DNA from: an uncultured Thermococci archaeon
GTDB lineage: Archaea > CAYQAE01 > CAYVLA01
Length of the DNA stretch: 64,000 nucleotides
Assembly (NCBI GenBank): GCA_964549615.1
Contig: CAZJVP010000099.1
Coordinates: 88,004 to 152,003 of the forward strand
Direction of reading: 5' to 3'
The notes beneath the pieces are model-generated. The model was given only the letters and a program-made list of their open reading frames with translations. It was not told the origin of the DNA and did no database searches. Both the position numbers and the translations under genes were made by a program. This document shows, one piece after another, positions 30,304 to 39,937 of this stretch; position 1 is the stretch's first letter, and every line of letters starts with the position of its first letter.

Positions 30304-32940
30304 ATGTCAAGAGGTCTTGCAAGCGGACTGCTGATTAGGGAGGCAGCCGTTCCACTTACGTCATCCATCCTCTTGTGTTTGCTGTCGGCCATATCCCTGA
30401 ACCAGGCATCAGCACTGCCTGCAGGTTTCCAGGAGTTCTACCTGCCGCTGCCTGCCGATCTGACCCAGGACGTCTTCCAATCAATCCACGGCTGGAACCA
30501 GCCCAGGGAACTCATGCACTACCTCGTCGCCGTCACGGCGAGCGGCGACAATACCGTCGTCTATTACGACCACTGGGAAGTCGACGGCTTGGAGGGCCCG
30601 GGGGCCGCTGGGTACGATGAGGTCGTCCATCTTAACAAGGGAGAAACCCACGTCTTTGAGAGCGCCAACATACCCTCCGACTTCCGCGGCGCAGCCACGT
30701 ACTACGATGGGGGCGACAGGATCTACGTTGCCGGGGGCCTACTGCAGGTTGTTGTGTCAACATGGGCCGAGGCTCTGGGCACCGTCTTCACGGATGCGTG
30801 GGAGATCTACCCCGTCCAGGCGTGGGGCACCAGCTACGCCGTACCGGTGGGTCAGGATCTTGGGCAGTGGCCGCATAACTACGATGATTTCGATGCTGTA
30901 TACATCCTGGTCATGTCTGCGACCGACGGAAACCAAGTCACCATCGACGGCGCCACGACAACCTTGAGCCGGGGGCAGAGCGTAGCTTACAGCGTCCCGA
31001 AGGCAGGCACCTGGGTGACCTCCACCCACCCAGTCCAGGTCCAGCTCGTGACCGGGCAGCCGGGCAGCGCCTACGAGATGCGGGGATATACCATCACTCC
31101 CTATGAGTACTGGGGTTCAAGCTACTACGCCGCCGTCCCGAGCTGGCCCCCAAGCTCTGACGGTAATCCCCTCACCGCCCACGCCCCCTACACCGATATC
31201 TTCCTCTACAACCCGAACCCCTTCTTGATCACCATAACCTGGCAGGACCTGTCGGGCTGCGGCACCATCTACCTGGAACCGGGTGAAACCAGATCCTTCC
31301 AAGCCTCGACCTGGCACCACGTTCCGACAAACTCCGGCGTCTACCTGAGCTCCTCACACAAGTTCTGGGGCATCGCCTCATGCGACACCGAATCATTCAT
31401 CTGGGACTGGGGATACTCGCTCATACCGGAAGCGCTGCTGGGGACGGACAACTACGTCGGTTGGGCGCCGGGAACCCGCACGCTCAGCGACAACGGCTCC
31501 CCCGTGTACATAATGGCGACGAGCGATCATACGACCATCTTCATTGACTACTCGCCAAACGATGGCATCTTCGACAGGGTGATAAGCGACCTCGACAGGC
31601 TGCACACGATCGAGGTCTACGACCCGGACATGGACAATACGGGCATGCACATCGTCAGCACGGCACCGGTGGCGGTCGTCTGGGGCGAAAGCCCCATATC
31701 GGCAGGCGCGGGGGACCCGTACCTCGACATGGGGTATGCGTGTCTTCCGCTCCCGATCGAATGGGTAGACCTCGCGCTGGAAATCGACAAGTCAGCGGAG
31801 CCGGGCGTAATCCGCCCTGGCGAAGCGGCCAACTTCAGGATCATGATAAGGGTCCCGAGCTACGCGGGCTCTCCCGTGACGGGCATAGGCCTCGTCGACG
31901 CCCTTCCTTCCGGCTGGCTTTACCTTGCAGGCAGCGGATCTCCCACTGATCCAACTGTCACCGGGGATCCCGCCGACGGATGCGTCCTAGCTTGGGACCT
32001 TCAACGGGACCTTTGCCCGGGCCAGTCCCTGACGGTCACGTTCAAAGCCGTCGCCACCCCATCCGCGGACACAACCAAGCCGAACAGGAACGTTGCCACC
32101 GTAACGGGGCGGTCCCTGGGAGTGACGCTGGCGGCAGACGACGACGCTTTCGTCCAGGTCGTTGCCGCCCACAACCCAGCCATCCTCGTTACGAAGACTG
32201 GCCCGAGCACCGCCAGGATCGGAGACACGGTCACCTACACCATCACGGTCCAACACGACCCCTCATCCGACAACTCCCCGGTGCATGATTTGAAGATCAC
32301 CGACAGCTTGACCGAATCGGTCACATTCGTCAGCGGGGACGACGGAGACGGAGTGCTCGATTACCCGGAGATCTGGACGTACATAGCGACCTACACAGTT
32401 CTTCCAACCGACCCCGACCCACTGCTCAACATCGCCACGGCGGAAGGATTAGACCTTGACGGCGATATCGTATCCGACACCGACACCCACAACGGCGCGG
32501 ATCTTGAGTTCGCCCCAGCCATCCTCGTTACGAAGACTGGCCCGAGCACCGCCAGGATCGGAGACACGGTCACCTACACCATCACGGTCCAACACGACCC
32601 CTCATCCGATGGTTCCGACGTAACCAACGTTTCGGTGACGGATGACATCGCTGGGCCGGCTCTTTACCTGAGCGGCGACGACGGCGACGGGATCCTTGAG
32701 CCCGGCGAGGTTTGGGTATTCGCGGTAGAGTATGCGATTCCCGCCGATGCTCCGAACCCATTGCGGAATACGGCCACCTGCTCTGGCATCGACAAGGACG
32801 GTGAAATGGTCTTCGGCCACGACGACCACAGCGTTCTAGTCCAGAGCGGTGTGGATCCGCCTTCGGTACCCGTCTTCCCGGCCGCGGCAATCGCGGTGGC
32901 GATGCTCGGCCTGTGCGTGCTTTCGAGGAGGAAGAGCTGA
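30304..32940 (+). CDS. Large surface protein: IgGFc-binding-like N-region, DUF11/Ig-like repeats, PEF-CTERM-like tail
   Basis: Signal peptide; PVQAWGTSYAVP and STHPVQVQL motifs; LEIDKSA and ILVTKTG...GDTVTYTITV repeats; C-terminal VPVFPAAAIAVAMLGLCVLSRRKS; TATA TTTATAAA at about 30236. Confidence 0.85.
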   Translation: MSRGLASGLLIREAAVPLTSSILLCLLSAISLNQASALPAGFQEFYLPLPADLTQDVFQSIHGWNQPRELMHYLVAVTASGDNTVVYYDHWEVDGLEGPGAAGYDEVVHLNKGETHVFESANIPSDFRGAATYYDGGDRIYVAGGLLQVVVSTWAEALGTVFTDAWEIYPVQAWGTSYAVPVGQDLGQWPHNYDDFDAVYILVMSATDGNQVTIDGATTTLSRGQSVAYSVPKAGTWVTSTHPVQVQLVTGQPGSAYEMRGYTITPYEYWGSSYYAAVPSWPPSSDGNPLTAHAPYTDIFLYNPNPFLITITWQDLSGCGTIYLEPGETRSFQASTWHHVPTNSGVYLSSSHKFWGIASCDTESFIWDWGYSLIPEALLGTDNYVGWAPGTRTLSDNGSPVYIMATSDHTTIFIDYSPNDGIFDRVISDLDRLHTIEVYDPDMDNTGMHIVSTAPVAVVWGESPISAGAGDPYLDMGYACLPLPIEWVDLALEIDKSAEPGVIRPGEAANFRIMIRVPSYAGSPVTGIGLVDALPSGWLYLAGSGSPTDPTVTGDPADGCVLAWDLQRDLCPGQSLTVTFKAVATPSADTTKPNRNVATVTGRSLGVTLAADDDAFVQVVAAHNPAILVTKTGPSTARIGDTVTYTITVQHDPSSDNSPVHDLKITDSLTESVTFVSGDDGDGVLDYPEIWTYIATYTVLPTDPDPLLNIATAEGLDLDGDIVSDTDTHNGADLEFAPAILVTKTGPSTARIGDTVTYTITVQHDPSSDGSDVTNVSVTDDIAGPALYLSGDDGDGILEPGEVWVFAVEYAIPADAPNPLRNTATCSGIDKDGEMVFGHDDHSVLVQSGVDPPSVPVFPAAAIAVAMLGLCVLSRRKS
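32175..32609 (+). repeat. 96-bp exact direct repeat (32175..32270 = 32514..32609) within the Ig-like repeats
   Basis: Identical nucleotide block with 339-bp period; the rest of each domain is diverged. Confidence 0.9.
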
Positions 32941-33110
32941 GAGGGCGTCTTCCCCTCGCGCTAGACCTTCGTTCCGAATGCACCCGGCCTCAGGTAGATG
33001 GCTTTCGACGGCCCGGAAGACGTTGCTGTGAACCAAGGGGCCCGCATTCACAGACGCCAGCGAAAGAGATAAGTAATCGAATGGCAAACTATCAGCTGCG
33101 AGCTAACAAT

Positions 33111-33848
33111 ATGGAGTGGCCTCCCAGATGGCTCGGTACGGCCTACGCCAGGCTTTACGAAAAGTTCGGCGAGGAGACCTTTAGGCTCGCCGACGCTAGG
33201 GAAAGCCTGGGCCCTGCCTCCAACGCGAGGGCGATCCTGCCCAGCCTGGTGAAGGCTGGCTGGGCCCTGAGGACCGATCACGGGCGATACATGCTCCTTG
33301 ACCCCATGCTTGCCGTCTCCACCCTTCAGGAGAAGCCGCTGCAGGAGAGGATCCCGAACACGGACTACCTGCCGGTCGTCGCCAGCTTCGCGTCCTCGGC
33401 CCTTAGAAGGATGGGGAGAGACCTCGTCTCATTGGCGCTCTACGGATCCGTGGCCGCGGGCCGGCCATCGCGGACCAGCGACCTGGACATCCTCCTAGTT
33501 GCAAATGCCTTGCCCTCCCCCTACTCACGTCGGGCCCCTATCGTGGCCGAACTGATCCGGCAGACCGAGAGGGCCCGGATGGAGCTGTGGCGGAGAAAGG
33601 GGCTTTACCCGGATCTCGACGTCATCGCGCTGACCCCGGAAGAGGCCTCCGTCGGCCAGCCCATATACCTAGAGATGCTTGAGTCCTGCATATTCGTGCT
33701 GGACAGGAAAGGATTCCTCAAGGACACGCTGCGGGCATTCGCGGGCGAGCTGGCCCAAAGCGGAGCACGCAAGGTACAGACCCCAGGGGGCCTAACCTAC
33801 TGGATGCTTGAGCCCGGCTCAAAGGCCGGGGAGGCGACCAAGACATGA
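33111..33848 (+). CDS. Winged-helix + MNT antitoxin (paralogue of 15799..16539)
   Basis: WPPRWLGTAYARLYEKFG; YGSVAAG...SDLDILLV; GARKV..PGG..YW. Confidence 0.88.
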   Translation: MEWPPRWLGTAYARLYEKFGEETFRLADARESLGPASNARAILPSLVKAGWALRTDHGRYMLLDPMLAVSTLQEKPLQERIPNTDYLPVVASFASSALRRMGRDLVSLALYGSVAAGRPSRTSDLDILLVANALPSPYSRRAPIVAELIRQTERARMELWRRKGLYPDLDVIALTPEEASVGQPIYLEMLESCIFVLDRKGFLKDTLRAFAGELAQSGARKVQTPGGLTYWMLEPGSKAGEATKT

Positions 33849-34273
33849 AGACAGACCGCCTCGCGAGGTCCTACCTGGACAGGGCCCGGGAGAGGCTTAG
33901 GGCAGCCGAGTCCTCATTCCAGCACGATTCCTACCCGGACGTCGTCAGGTTCACCCAGGAGTGCGTCGAGATGAGCCTTAAGTCCTGCCTGAGGGCGGTG
34001 GGGATTGAACACCCAAAGTCGCACGACGTCGGGGCGTTCCTCCCCTATGCCCGGGATCGCCTGCCGGAATGGTTCAGATCGGAGGCAGACGAGTACCCCA
34101 GGATATCCGCCGAGCTTGCGTCGCTCAGATCGGTTAGCCTCTACGGCATAGAGGCTGACGGGAAAACACCGGGCGAGATGTTTACAAAGCCGGATGCCGA
34201 GAAAGCCCTGGAATGGGCAAGACGGGTCTACTCCTCAGTGGCTAGGCTGATAACCGAGCTCGACCACACCTAA
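33845..34273 (+). CDS. HEPN domain protein
   Basis: TQECVEMSLKSCL...IEHPKSHDV...RSVSLYG; ATGA overlap with MNT. Confidence 0.88.
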   Translation: MKTDRLARSYLDRARERLRAAESSFQHDSYPDVVRFTQECVEMSLKSCLRAVGIEHPKSHDVGAFLPYARDRLPEWFRSEADEYPRISAELASLRSVSLYGIEADGKTPGEMFTKPDAEKALEWARRVYSSVARLITELDHT

Positions 34274-34545
34274 CCATCAATCTCTCGAAAGCGCGTGCCA
34301 TCGGGGGCTTTCAACGCTTGGCGAAATACGAGAGGTGCTGGCCAGTCGCGTACGGCGCAGGCCTCCAACCAGCCGGCTGATAGTCGCCGACCGGCCACCG
34401 CTTTCCAGCGACGCTGCAATCGACACCATCCTTGACGGAACCTGCCTGATCGTGCCGCGAAGCCCATCGCTTTGCGGAGAGGGTCGAACCCTTCTACCCC
34501 GACCTCAACGCACCGTATGCTTTTTTACGGCCCGGGCGCACACTA

Positions 34546-35763
34546 GTGGGCGTGCGGAGAGGGCTTCTTGTCCTTCTAAGCCTCGTCCTCGCACTCCCCC
34601 ACGGGTGCGGCGTGTCCGGTCCCAGGACCGATGGCAACGGCGTGATCCGCCTGCTTCACATCGGCAAGGCATGGTTCTACCCGGGCCACCCAGCCCCCGT
34701 GCTGAGCCAGGACCCGCGCATCAACTACTACCCCGTCCCGGCCCACGCATGGTCGATGGGGCAGGAGGCCTTCCGGTGTCTCCGCATATACCTTCCAAGA
34801 AGCCAGCGCGCGCTCTACGACAACTTCGACGTGGTCATAGAGGACGGCATGGATGCAAGCCACCTGAGGGACGAGTTCCAGAACTGGCTAAAGGAGGGGG
34901 TCTGCAAGGAGGGCATGGGCTTCCTTATGGCCGATGACTCTTCAAGCTTTGCGACCAGCGGCAGCCACACCTCTTGGTACCTGCACCCGATCGGGGACAT
35001 CCTCCCGGTCGACGACAAGCCGGGAATCTTCTACGAGGTGCACGGCTTCCACATAGTCGTTGAGGAGGAGTACCGCGACCATCCCCTAATGCGCAACCTT
35101 CCATGGCACGAGATAAGGATATGGGCGCACAACCGCCCCTGGGAGAGGGAGGGAGCCATAGTCCTGGCCAGGATGTCGCCTGAGCTGTGGTGCAACCGCG
35201 GCAAGCCCGTGATCGTCTACTGGGACTACGGCGAGGGGAGGTCCGTAGCCTACGTGCACAAGTGGCACGGCACGCCCGATTTCTACCGCTGGAAGTGGCA
35301 CATCGATGTGCTGTCGCATCTGATATACTTCCCGGCCCGCGTGCCCATCCCGCAGGAGCTGGAGCTTGTACATGAGATAAGGGCGCTTCTTAACCAGTTC
35401 CACTACAGAAGGACCTACCTGGCCTCGACGATCGATTTTGCTGACAGGTTCGGGGCCAACCTGAGGCATGTGGAGGTGAAGCTTGCCGATCTTGCCGGCG
35501 CCAAGACGGCGCTGGACAGGCAGTATGTGGCCCAGGAATTTGAGGAGTGCCTTTCATGGCTGTCAAGCCTTCTAGCCGAGCTGGAGGCCATGACGGATGA
35601 GGTCCTGGAGGCCAAGGACAGGGCACTGTTCTGGATCTTCGTGGCAGAATGGCTCGTCGTATCGGGCACCTCGATGGTCGCCGGCTTCCTCTTGTGGACC
35701 CTGATGGTGAAACGGAGGCTGTACAAGGAGGTAGTGGTCACCAAGCTGACCGAAAAGCTCTGA
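34546..35763 (+). CDS. Secreted class I GATase-like-fold protein with helical stalk and C-terminal TM anchor (hypothetical)
   Basis: Signal peptide; FDVVIEDG, GMGFLM, IGDILPV, PVIVYWDYGEGRSVAY resemble a DUF1355/GATase-like fold; C-terminal WIFVAEWLVVSGTSMVAGFLLWTLMVKRR. Confidence 0.7.
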   Translation: MGVRRGLLVLLSLVLALPHGCGVSGPRTDGNGVIRLLHIGKAWFYPGHPAPVLSQDPRINYYPVPAHAWSMGQEAFRCLRIYLPRSQRALYDNFDVVIEDGMDASHLRDEFQNWLKEGVCKEGMGFLMADDSSSFATSGSHTSWYLHPIGDILPVDDKPGIFYEVHGFHIVVEEEYRDHPLMRNLPWHEIRIWAHNRPWEREGAIVLARMSPELWCNRGKPVIVYWDYGEGRSVAYVHKWHGTPDFYRWKWHIDVLSHLIYFPARVPIPQELELVHEIRALLNQFHYRRTYLASTIDFADRFGANLRHVEVKLADLAGAKTALDRQYVAQEFEECLSWLSSLLAELEAMTDEVLEAKDRALFWIFVAEWLVVSGTSMVAGFLLWTLMVKRRLYKEVVVTKLTEKL

Positions 35764-36096
35764 TCGGAGCCCAGCCCGACACCGCTGGCTTGTCGCCCAG
35801 CCGGTTCCTCGATCGGCAGCCAGCGATGAGAACTCTGCACTCCGCACCGCACGACACCACCGCCGCAAAGCTTATTTCCAGCTCGCGGGCGCTCGTGACC
35901 TCGGCCATCAAACCCGGTTCGAAGAGAGTCCCCAAGGTCCACGCTACGCCTCGCCGTCCCGCGTATGCTCAGTGAACCTCTACGCCGCCATGACCTCGCG
36001 GAGAACCGCTGCGTAAACCACTTCTTGATGCATGCTGCAAGCCGTGCTGGGACCCTGGATGATTGATCAACCCCAGGGGAATGATTCCAAGCGGGA

Positions 36097-36481
36097 TCAC
36101 CATTTTCTCCATTTGAGCCCCGCTATGCGGCTGAAGTGATCCGCATTCCGGCTCCAAAGCTCCTCGCCATGTGCCATGACAATCGCAGCTATCAGAACAT
36201 CCAGGACGTTGACGGGCTTGCCGTCCTGTTCAAGCACCGCCTGCACCTCTCCGGCCTTTGAGGCCGCTGTCATATCCAGATCGAGGATCCCAACAGATGC
36301 CAGCAGGGAGCTGACCTCCCGCAGCGAGGAATCCGGTCTTTTGGATCGCTGCGCCCCCTAGTAGAGCTCAAAGGCGTTGATCGTCGTCGTCCTAGGAGAC
36401 GATACGAAACGAGCAAGATCCGCTGCCTCGGGACTACCCCCGGAGGAGAGCAACCAGAAAATCCGTGTCAAGAACGGTCAC
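36097..36481 (-). pseudogene. vapC: vapC pseudogene (frameshift plus nonsense codon)
   Basis: MTVLDTDFLVALLR; +1 G in the run at 36437-36441; ELY*GA (TAG 36360-36358); then DVLIAA...SRNADHFSRI. Confidence 0.8.
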
Positions 36482-36708
36482 AGTTGGACGATCTCCAGAC
36501 GTGTTTGCAAGACCGATCGGCGGATCTCCCTAGTGGCCGCTTCGAATTGCTCGTCGTCCCTTAGCCTGCCCGCGAACTCCGCCAACGCCCTCTTCTCCTC
36601 GTACGCCGCAATCCGCTTCACCACGTCCGTGAAGCTCTCCCCCGGCCTCTTGAACCGAGCAAGGGCCTCATAAGCTTCCTCCGAGATGGTCAGCGTCCTG
36701 CGCGCCAC
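36478..36708 (-). CDS. vapB: VapB antitoxin (archaeal DUF217-like)
   Basis: RTLTISEEAYEALARFKRPGESFTDVVKRI; GTGA overlap with vapC. Confidence 0.85.
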   Translation of the reverse strand: MARRTLTISEEAYEALARFKRPGESFTDVVKRIAAYEEKRALAEFAGRLRDDEQFEAATREIRRSVLQTRLEIVQL

Positions 36709-36715
36709 GCCTCTC

Positions 36716-36738
36716 CGCATTCATGCGTGCATTTAAGT
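36716..36738 (-). promoter_or_regulatory. TATA-like box followed by CGCAT-N2-ATGCG inverted repeat (candidate antitoxin operator)
   Basis: Minus strand reads CTTAAAT gca CGCATgaATGCG just upstream of vapB; a similar TGTATTcAATGCA follows the TATA of the paralogue at 38849. Confidence 0.4.
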
Positions 36739-36940
36739 TGCTCGGCCAAACTCGTCGAGGACATCGCTGACGCCCGCCATGACCTCGCTGCGGGGAGGCA
36801 GGGCTCATCTTGAACATCTAGACCCGGGTTGGGTAAGACCGCCACCCAACGGACGTAGCCTGGGAAACTAAGTCGCCCGGAGGTACTGCCGACACGAAAA
36901 GTCTGTCCGCGCCCCACGCCTCACGCCCCGGTCTCGCTGT

Positions 36941-37237
36941 CAAGCGGGAATCGCCACGCTACTACTGAACGAGTGGACGGCCGACCAAGCAGGCTGCACA
37001 CCCTCCCAACTCTACACCATCAAGGCATCATACGGAACCCACCAAGCCCAAGCCGATCTGAACATATCCACGTCCCAGCAGCTCGCTCTCAAGATGGAAG
37101 GTCTGACCATTCCGGAACACGGAGTGTGGCAAGCCATGGCTTCGGGGCTGCTAATCGTCCTGCTTTTCCTCCGGGCCTCGAGCATCGAGAGATTGGGTGT
37201 TTCCGGCGACCACCGAGCCTGTCGCGCCGGGTTGTGA
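36941..37237 (+). pseudogene. Orphan 3' fragment of a surface protein ending in an IPE-TM tail
   Basis: Manual translation: GIATLLLNEW...YTIKASYGTHQAQADLNISTSQQLALKMEGLTIPEHGVWQAMASGLLIVLLFLR; in-frame TAA upstream at 36869; no signal peptide. Confidence 0.6.
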
Positions 37238-37395
37238 GGTGAGAGTCATCTCGGCCGATCTCGCCGCCCAAGGCACGACCATGTTTACGGCTGAGTGCAG
37301 CGCAACCGGGAACGCCGCTTTACTTTTACGGCAGGGCAGACGGCGACTCGGTCTACAAGTACGTCGGGCCTACCTACGAAGGCGCGCGTTGAATT

Positions 37396-37444
37396 TCGCC
37401 TTCCAGCAAGAACCTAACCTGTACAAGTTGGGACCCCGCTCGAC
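37396..37444. repeat. 49-bp dispersed repeat, copy 1
   Basis: 42/49 identical to 38682..38730, core CAAGAACCTAACCTGT. Confidence 0.8.
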
Positions 37445-37545
37445 CCCAGGGCCCCAACGAAGGGTTTTCGGCAGCGACGCCGCGGCGACCGCCTGCAAAC
37501 CGTTTGAGAAGTGCAGGCGACAGAAAATTCAAGAGCGGCCGACCG

Positions 37546-37977
37546 CTACAGTCGCTCCAGCAGCTTGCGCGGGCTGGTCACCTCGACGCCTCCCACCCTC
37601 TCGAAATGTGCAAGCTTCCGGGTCACCAAGGGCATTGCATGGGCCCTTGCCGTAGCACCGATTAACAGGTCACGCACATCCACGGCCTCGCCTTTCCTTT
37701 CCAGGGAAACGCAGATCTCAGACGCTATCCTCGCGCTCCCCTCATCAAATGGCAGGGCGCTGACGTGCGACCGCAACGCCTCGACCGCATCCATGCTTCT
37801 TTCCGGCTCGGCGGAAAGCATGGCCCCGCGGCAGAGCTCGAAGACGGTCACCGTTGTCATGTTGGCGGTCAACCTTCCTGACCTGACCGCCCCGAACAGC
37901 TGTACGGCATCGGGATCGGGCCTTTTCTTGAGGTAGTCGACTATCACGTCCGTGTCGAGTATCGCCCGGATTTCCAT
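37546..37977 (-). CDS. vapC: PIN-domain VapC toxin
   Basis: ILDTDVIVD, TVFEL, DLLIGATA, LVTRKLAHF. Confidence 0.9.
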   Translation of the reverse strand: MEIRAILDTDVIVDYLKKRPDPDAVQLFGAVRSGRLTANMTTVTVFELCRGAMLSAEPERSMDAVEALRSHVSALPFDEGSARIASEICVSLERKGEAVDVRDLLIGATARAHAMPLVTRKLAHFERVGGVEVTSPRKLLERL

Positions 37978-38195
37978 GTCCTCCACAACTCTCTGGCCGC
38001 CTTCATGAACTCCTCCGTTCTCTCGATATGGGTCCAGCACCCGGCCAGATCGTCCAAGTCCACGGATTTCTCCATGACGATTCTTCGTTCGGTCCCGCTG
38101 ACCAGGAGCTCGTCCCCCACCCGCACGCCGGCCCTTTCTCTCACTTCCTTTGGGATTGTGACCTGGTACTTTCTAGTGACCTTGACCTTCTCCAC
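37944..38195 (-). CDS. vapB: AbrB/MazE-type antitoxin
   Basis: VKVTRKYQVTIPKEVRERAGVRVGDEL. Confidence 0.9.
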   Translation of the reverse strand: MEKVKVTRKYQVTIPKEVRERAGVRVGDELLVSGTERRIVMEKSVDLDDLAGCWTHIERTEEFMKAARELWRTWKSGRYSTRT

Positions 38196-38237
38196 TACCT
38201 CACCGTACTACCAGAGGTACTACCGGCACAAAAAGCT
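38194..38237 (-). promoter_or_regulatory. Promoter with 12-nt-spaced GGTAGTAC direct repeats (candidate AbrB operator)
   Basis: GTACTACC at 38205 and 38217 plus ACTACC at 38194, lying between a TATA-like CTTTTTGT and the start codon. Confidence 0.45.
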
Positions 38238-38681
38238 TGTCCACCGGCCACCTGCCTGTATTATCCGAAAATCATTTCGCCCCGCCTGTTCTGACCGTGT
38301 CGGTGGTCAAGCTAACTGACTCAAGGATCTGGTGGATGATGCGACGCAAGGAGAAGGGCAGGATGACCAAAGCAAGGATCGCCGGGGCCTAGCAGGTCAG
38401 CACCGGAGGACTCCAACAACCATAGACCCGCTACGGATCGCCCCGTATGAGCATGAGCACGGTTACCCTGACCAGGCCTTCTGGAATAGGATAAGCTCTG
38501 AGGGATCGTTTGGAACAACCAGCCACATGCTCTGCCACGGACTGGACCCGCAACTCGACCGGCGCAAGGCGAGGTGAAAGCATGACCCAAGAGACGAGGG
38601 GACCGCCCAGTCAAGGGCAACGAGTTATTTCCCGAACAACACACGCCAGCCACCCGCCGCACCGCATGCCGCCCAGGGGCC

Positions 38682-38730
38682 TCGCCTTGCAACAAGAACC
38701 TAACCTGTTCAAGTCAGGGCCGCGCTCGAC
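38682..38730. repeat. 49-bp dispersed repeat, copy 2
   Basis: Direct-orientation homologue of 37396..37444. Confidence 0.8.
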
Positions 38731-38848
38731 GTGCGGCAGATTGTAGAGAACGCGTGGGAAGGCACGAATGAAGAGTCCGCATCGATTGAGAAGTGAAAGA
38801 CGGAGCAAGAACGGAAAAAGTTTTATGTGTATTCAATGCATTTATCCC

Positions 38849-39067
38849 GTGGCCACCAAGACCGTCACAATCACGGTGGAGGCGTACGATGCCCTTCTCA
38901 GGCTCAAACGCCCCGGCGAGAGCTTCTCCCAAGTCGTGCTCCGCATCGCCTCGAAAAAAGGTTCCGCCAAGCTGTCGGACCGCCTGGCAGCCGGGCGGCC
39001 GGACGACGAGCTGGCATCGCGCGTCGAGGAAGCTCACCGCATCCTGAACAGGATCCGCTTGGAGTGA
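38849..39067 (+). CDS. vapB: VapB antitoxin (DUF217-like)
   Basis: [31 protein letters not shown]; BRE/TATA GAAAAAGTTTTAT upstream. Confidence 0.85.
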   Translation: MATKTVTITVEAYDALLRLKRPGESFSQVVLRIASKKGSAKLSDRLAAGRPDDELASRVEEAHRILNRIRLE

Positions 39068-39072
39068 CGCAA

Positions 39073-39468
39073 ATGGCATGTCTGGAGACCACCTTCCTTG
39101 TGGACCTGTTGAGACGCAGCCCCAGCGCCCTTGCCAAGCTTAGGGATCTCGAGGATGCGGGAGAACGGCTTGCGACAACACAGGTGAACCTGGTCGAACT
39201 CTACGTCGGGGCATACCGCTCTCCCGACCCTGAAGCCGCGTTGACGCAACTGGAGGAACTGGTCGGGAGCCTAGATCTTCTGGAGTTTGGCAGGGAGGAA
39301 TGTGCTGTCTGCGGACGCGTGATAGCCGGCCTTCTATCCGCCGGTGAATCCATAGGGGCAATCGACGTGATCGCGGGCTGCCTGGCCCTCGCCCACGGCG
39401 AGACAGTCATCACCAGGAACGTTGAGCACTACAGAAGAATACCGGGCTTGTCGGTCGAATCCTACTAA
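39073..39468 (+). CDS. vapC: PIN-domain VapC toxin
   Basis: CLETTFLVDLLR (first acidic residue is Glu), NLVELY, IDVIAG, ITRNVEHYRRIPGL. Confidence 0.88.
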   Translation: MACLETTFLVDLLRRSPSALAKLRDLEDAGERLATTQVNLVELYVGAYRSPDPEAALTQLEELVGSLDLLEFGREECAVCGRVIAGLLSAGESIGAIDVIAGCLALAHGETVITRNVEHYRRIPGLSVESY

Positions 39469-39663
39469 CTCGCATTCCCGTCGATACAATCTTACGTCTT
39501 CCCTCGCGTCGATGCCTCATGACCCACAGCGAGCCGCACTCCAGCCGGCCTGCGGGGCTTGCCTGCGCAGCAGGGGCCACAAAGGTCGTATTCGCCAACC
39601 GGCCGCCATCAGTCCTTGGGACGGGTGGCCGGGACTTCGCCTCAAGCTTTCTCACAGAGGCCA

Positions 39664-39747
39664 TCATCGGTCGTGTGACCAGTTGATGCTCACGGATCGC
39701 ATTTTCCTCCTAAGTTCGTCGTCTACCTTGACCGTAACCGTACCAAC
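39664..39747 (-). pseudogene. Truncated VapB-like antitoxin fragment
   Basis: GTVTVKVDDELRRKMRSVSINWS then an early stop; matches the RHH-type ..INWS antitoxin N-terminus. Confidence 0.55.
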
Positions 39748-39937
39748 TAGCGCTACAAGAGCAACCCTGTCGCCTCCCACCTCAAAGCGGAGGCGAGCCG
39801 GCAAGAAAACCGAGATCGTTGAGAGTTTGGCCGGGCAGTTCCAACCATAAGCGATCATCTCGCCGGGCGCCTTCGTTGATTCTTGCTTCGTGACCCTTCG
39901 ATTGGCCTTGGATCCGTAGCCCAGTCGGCAGGCGGGA

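Noticed and set aside
15393-36360. In-frame TAG codons in two vapC genes as evidence for pyrrolysine or stop-codon recoding
   Set aside because: TAG terminates many apparently complete genes here (e.g. 941, 48771, 55875, 56024), and both vapC genes carry additional lesions (Asp-to-His change, frameshift).
38321-38680. ORFs between the abrB promoter and repeat copy 2
   Set aside because: No recognisable motif; multiple stops in alternative frames; left unannotated.
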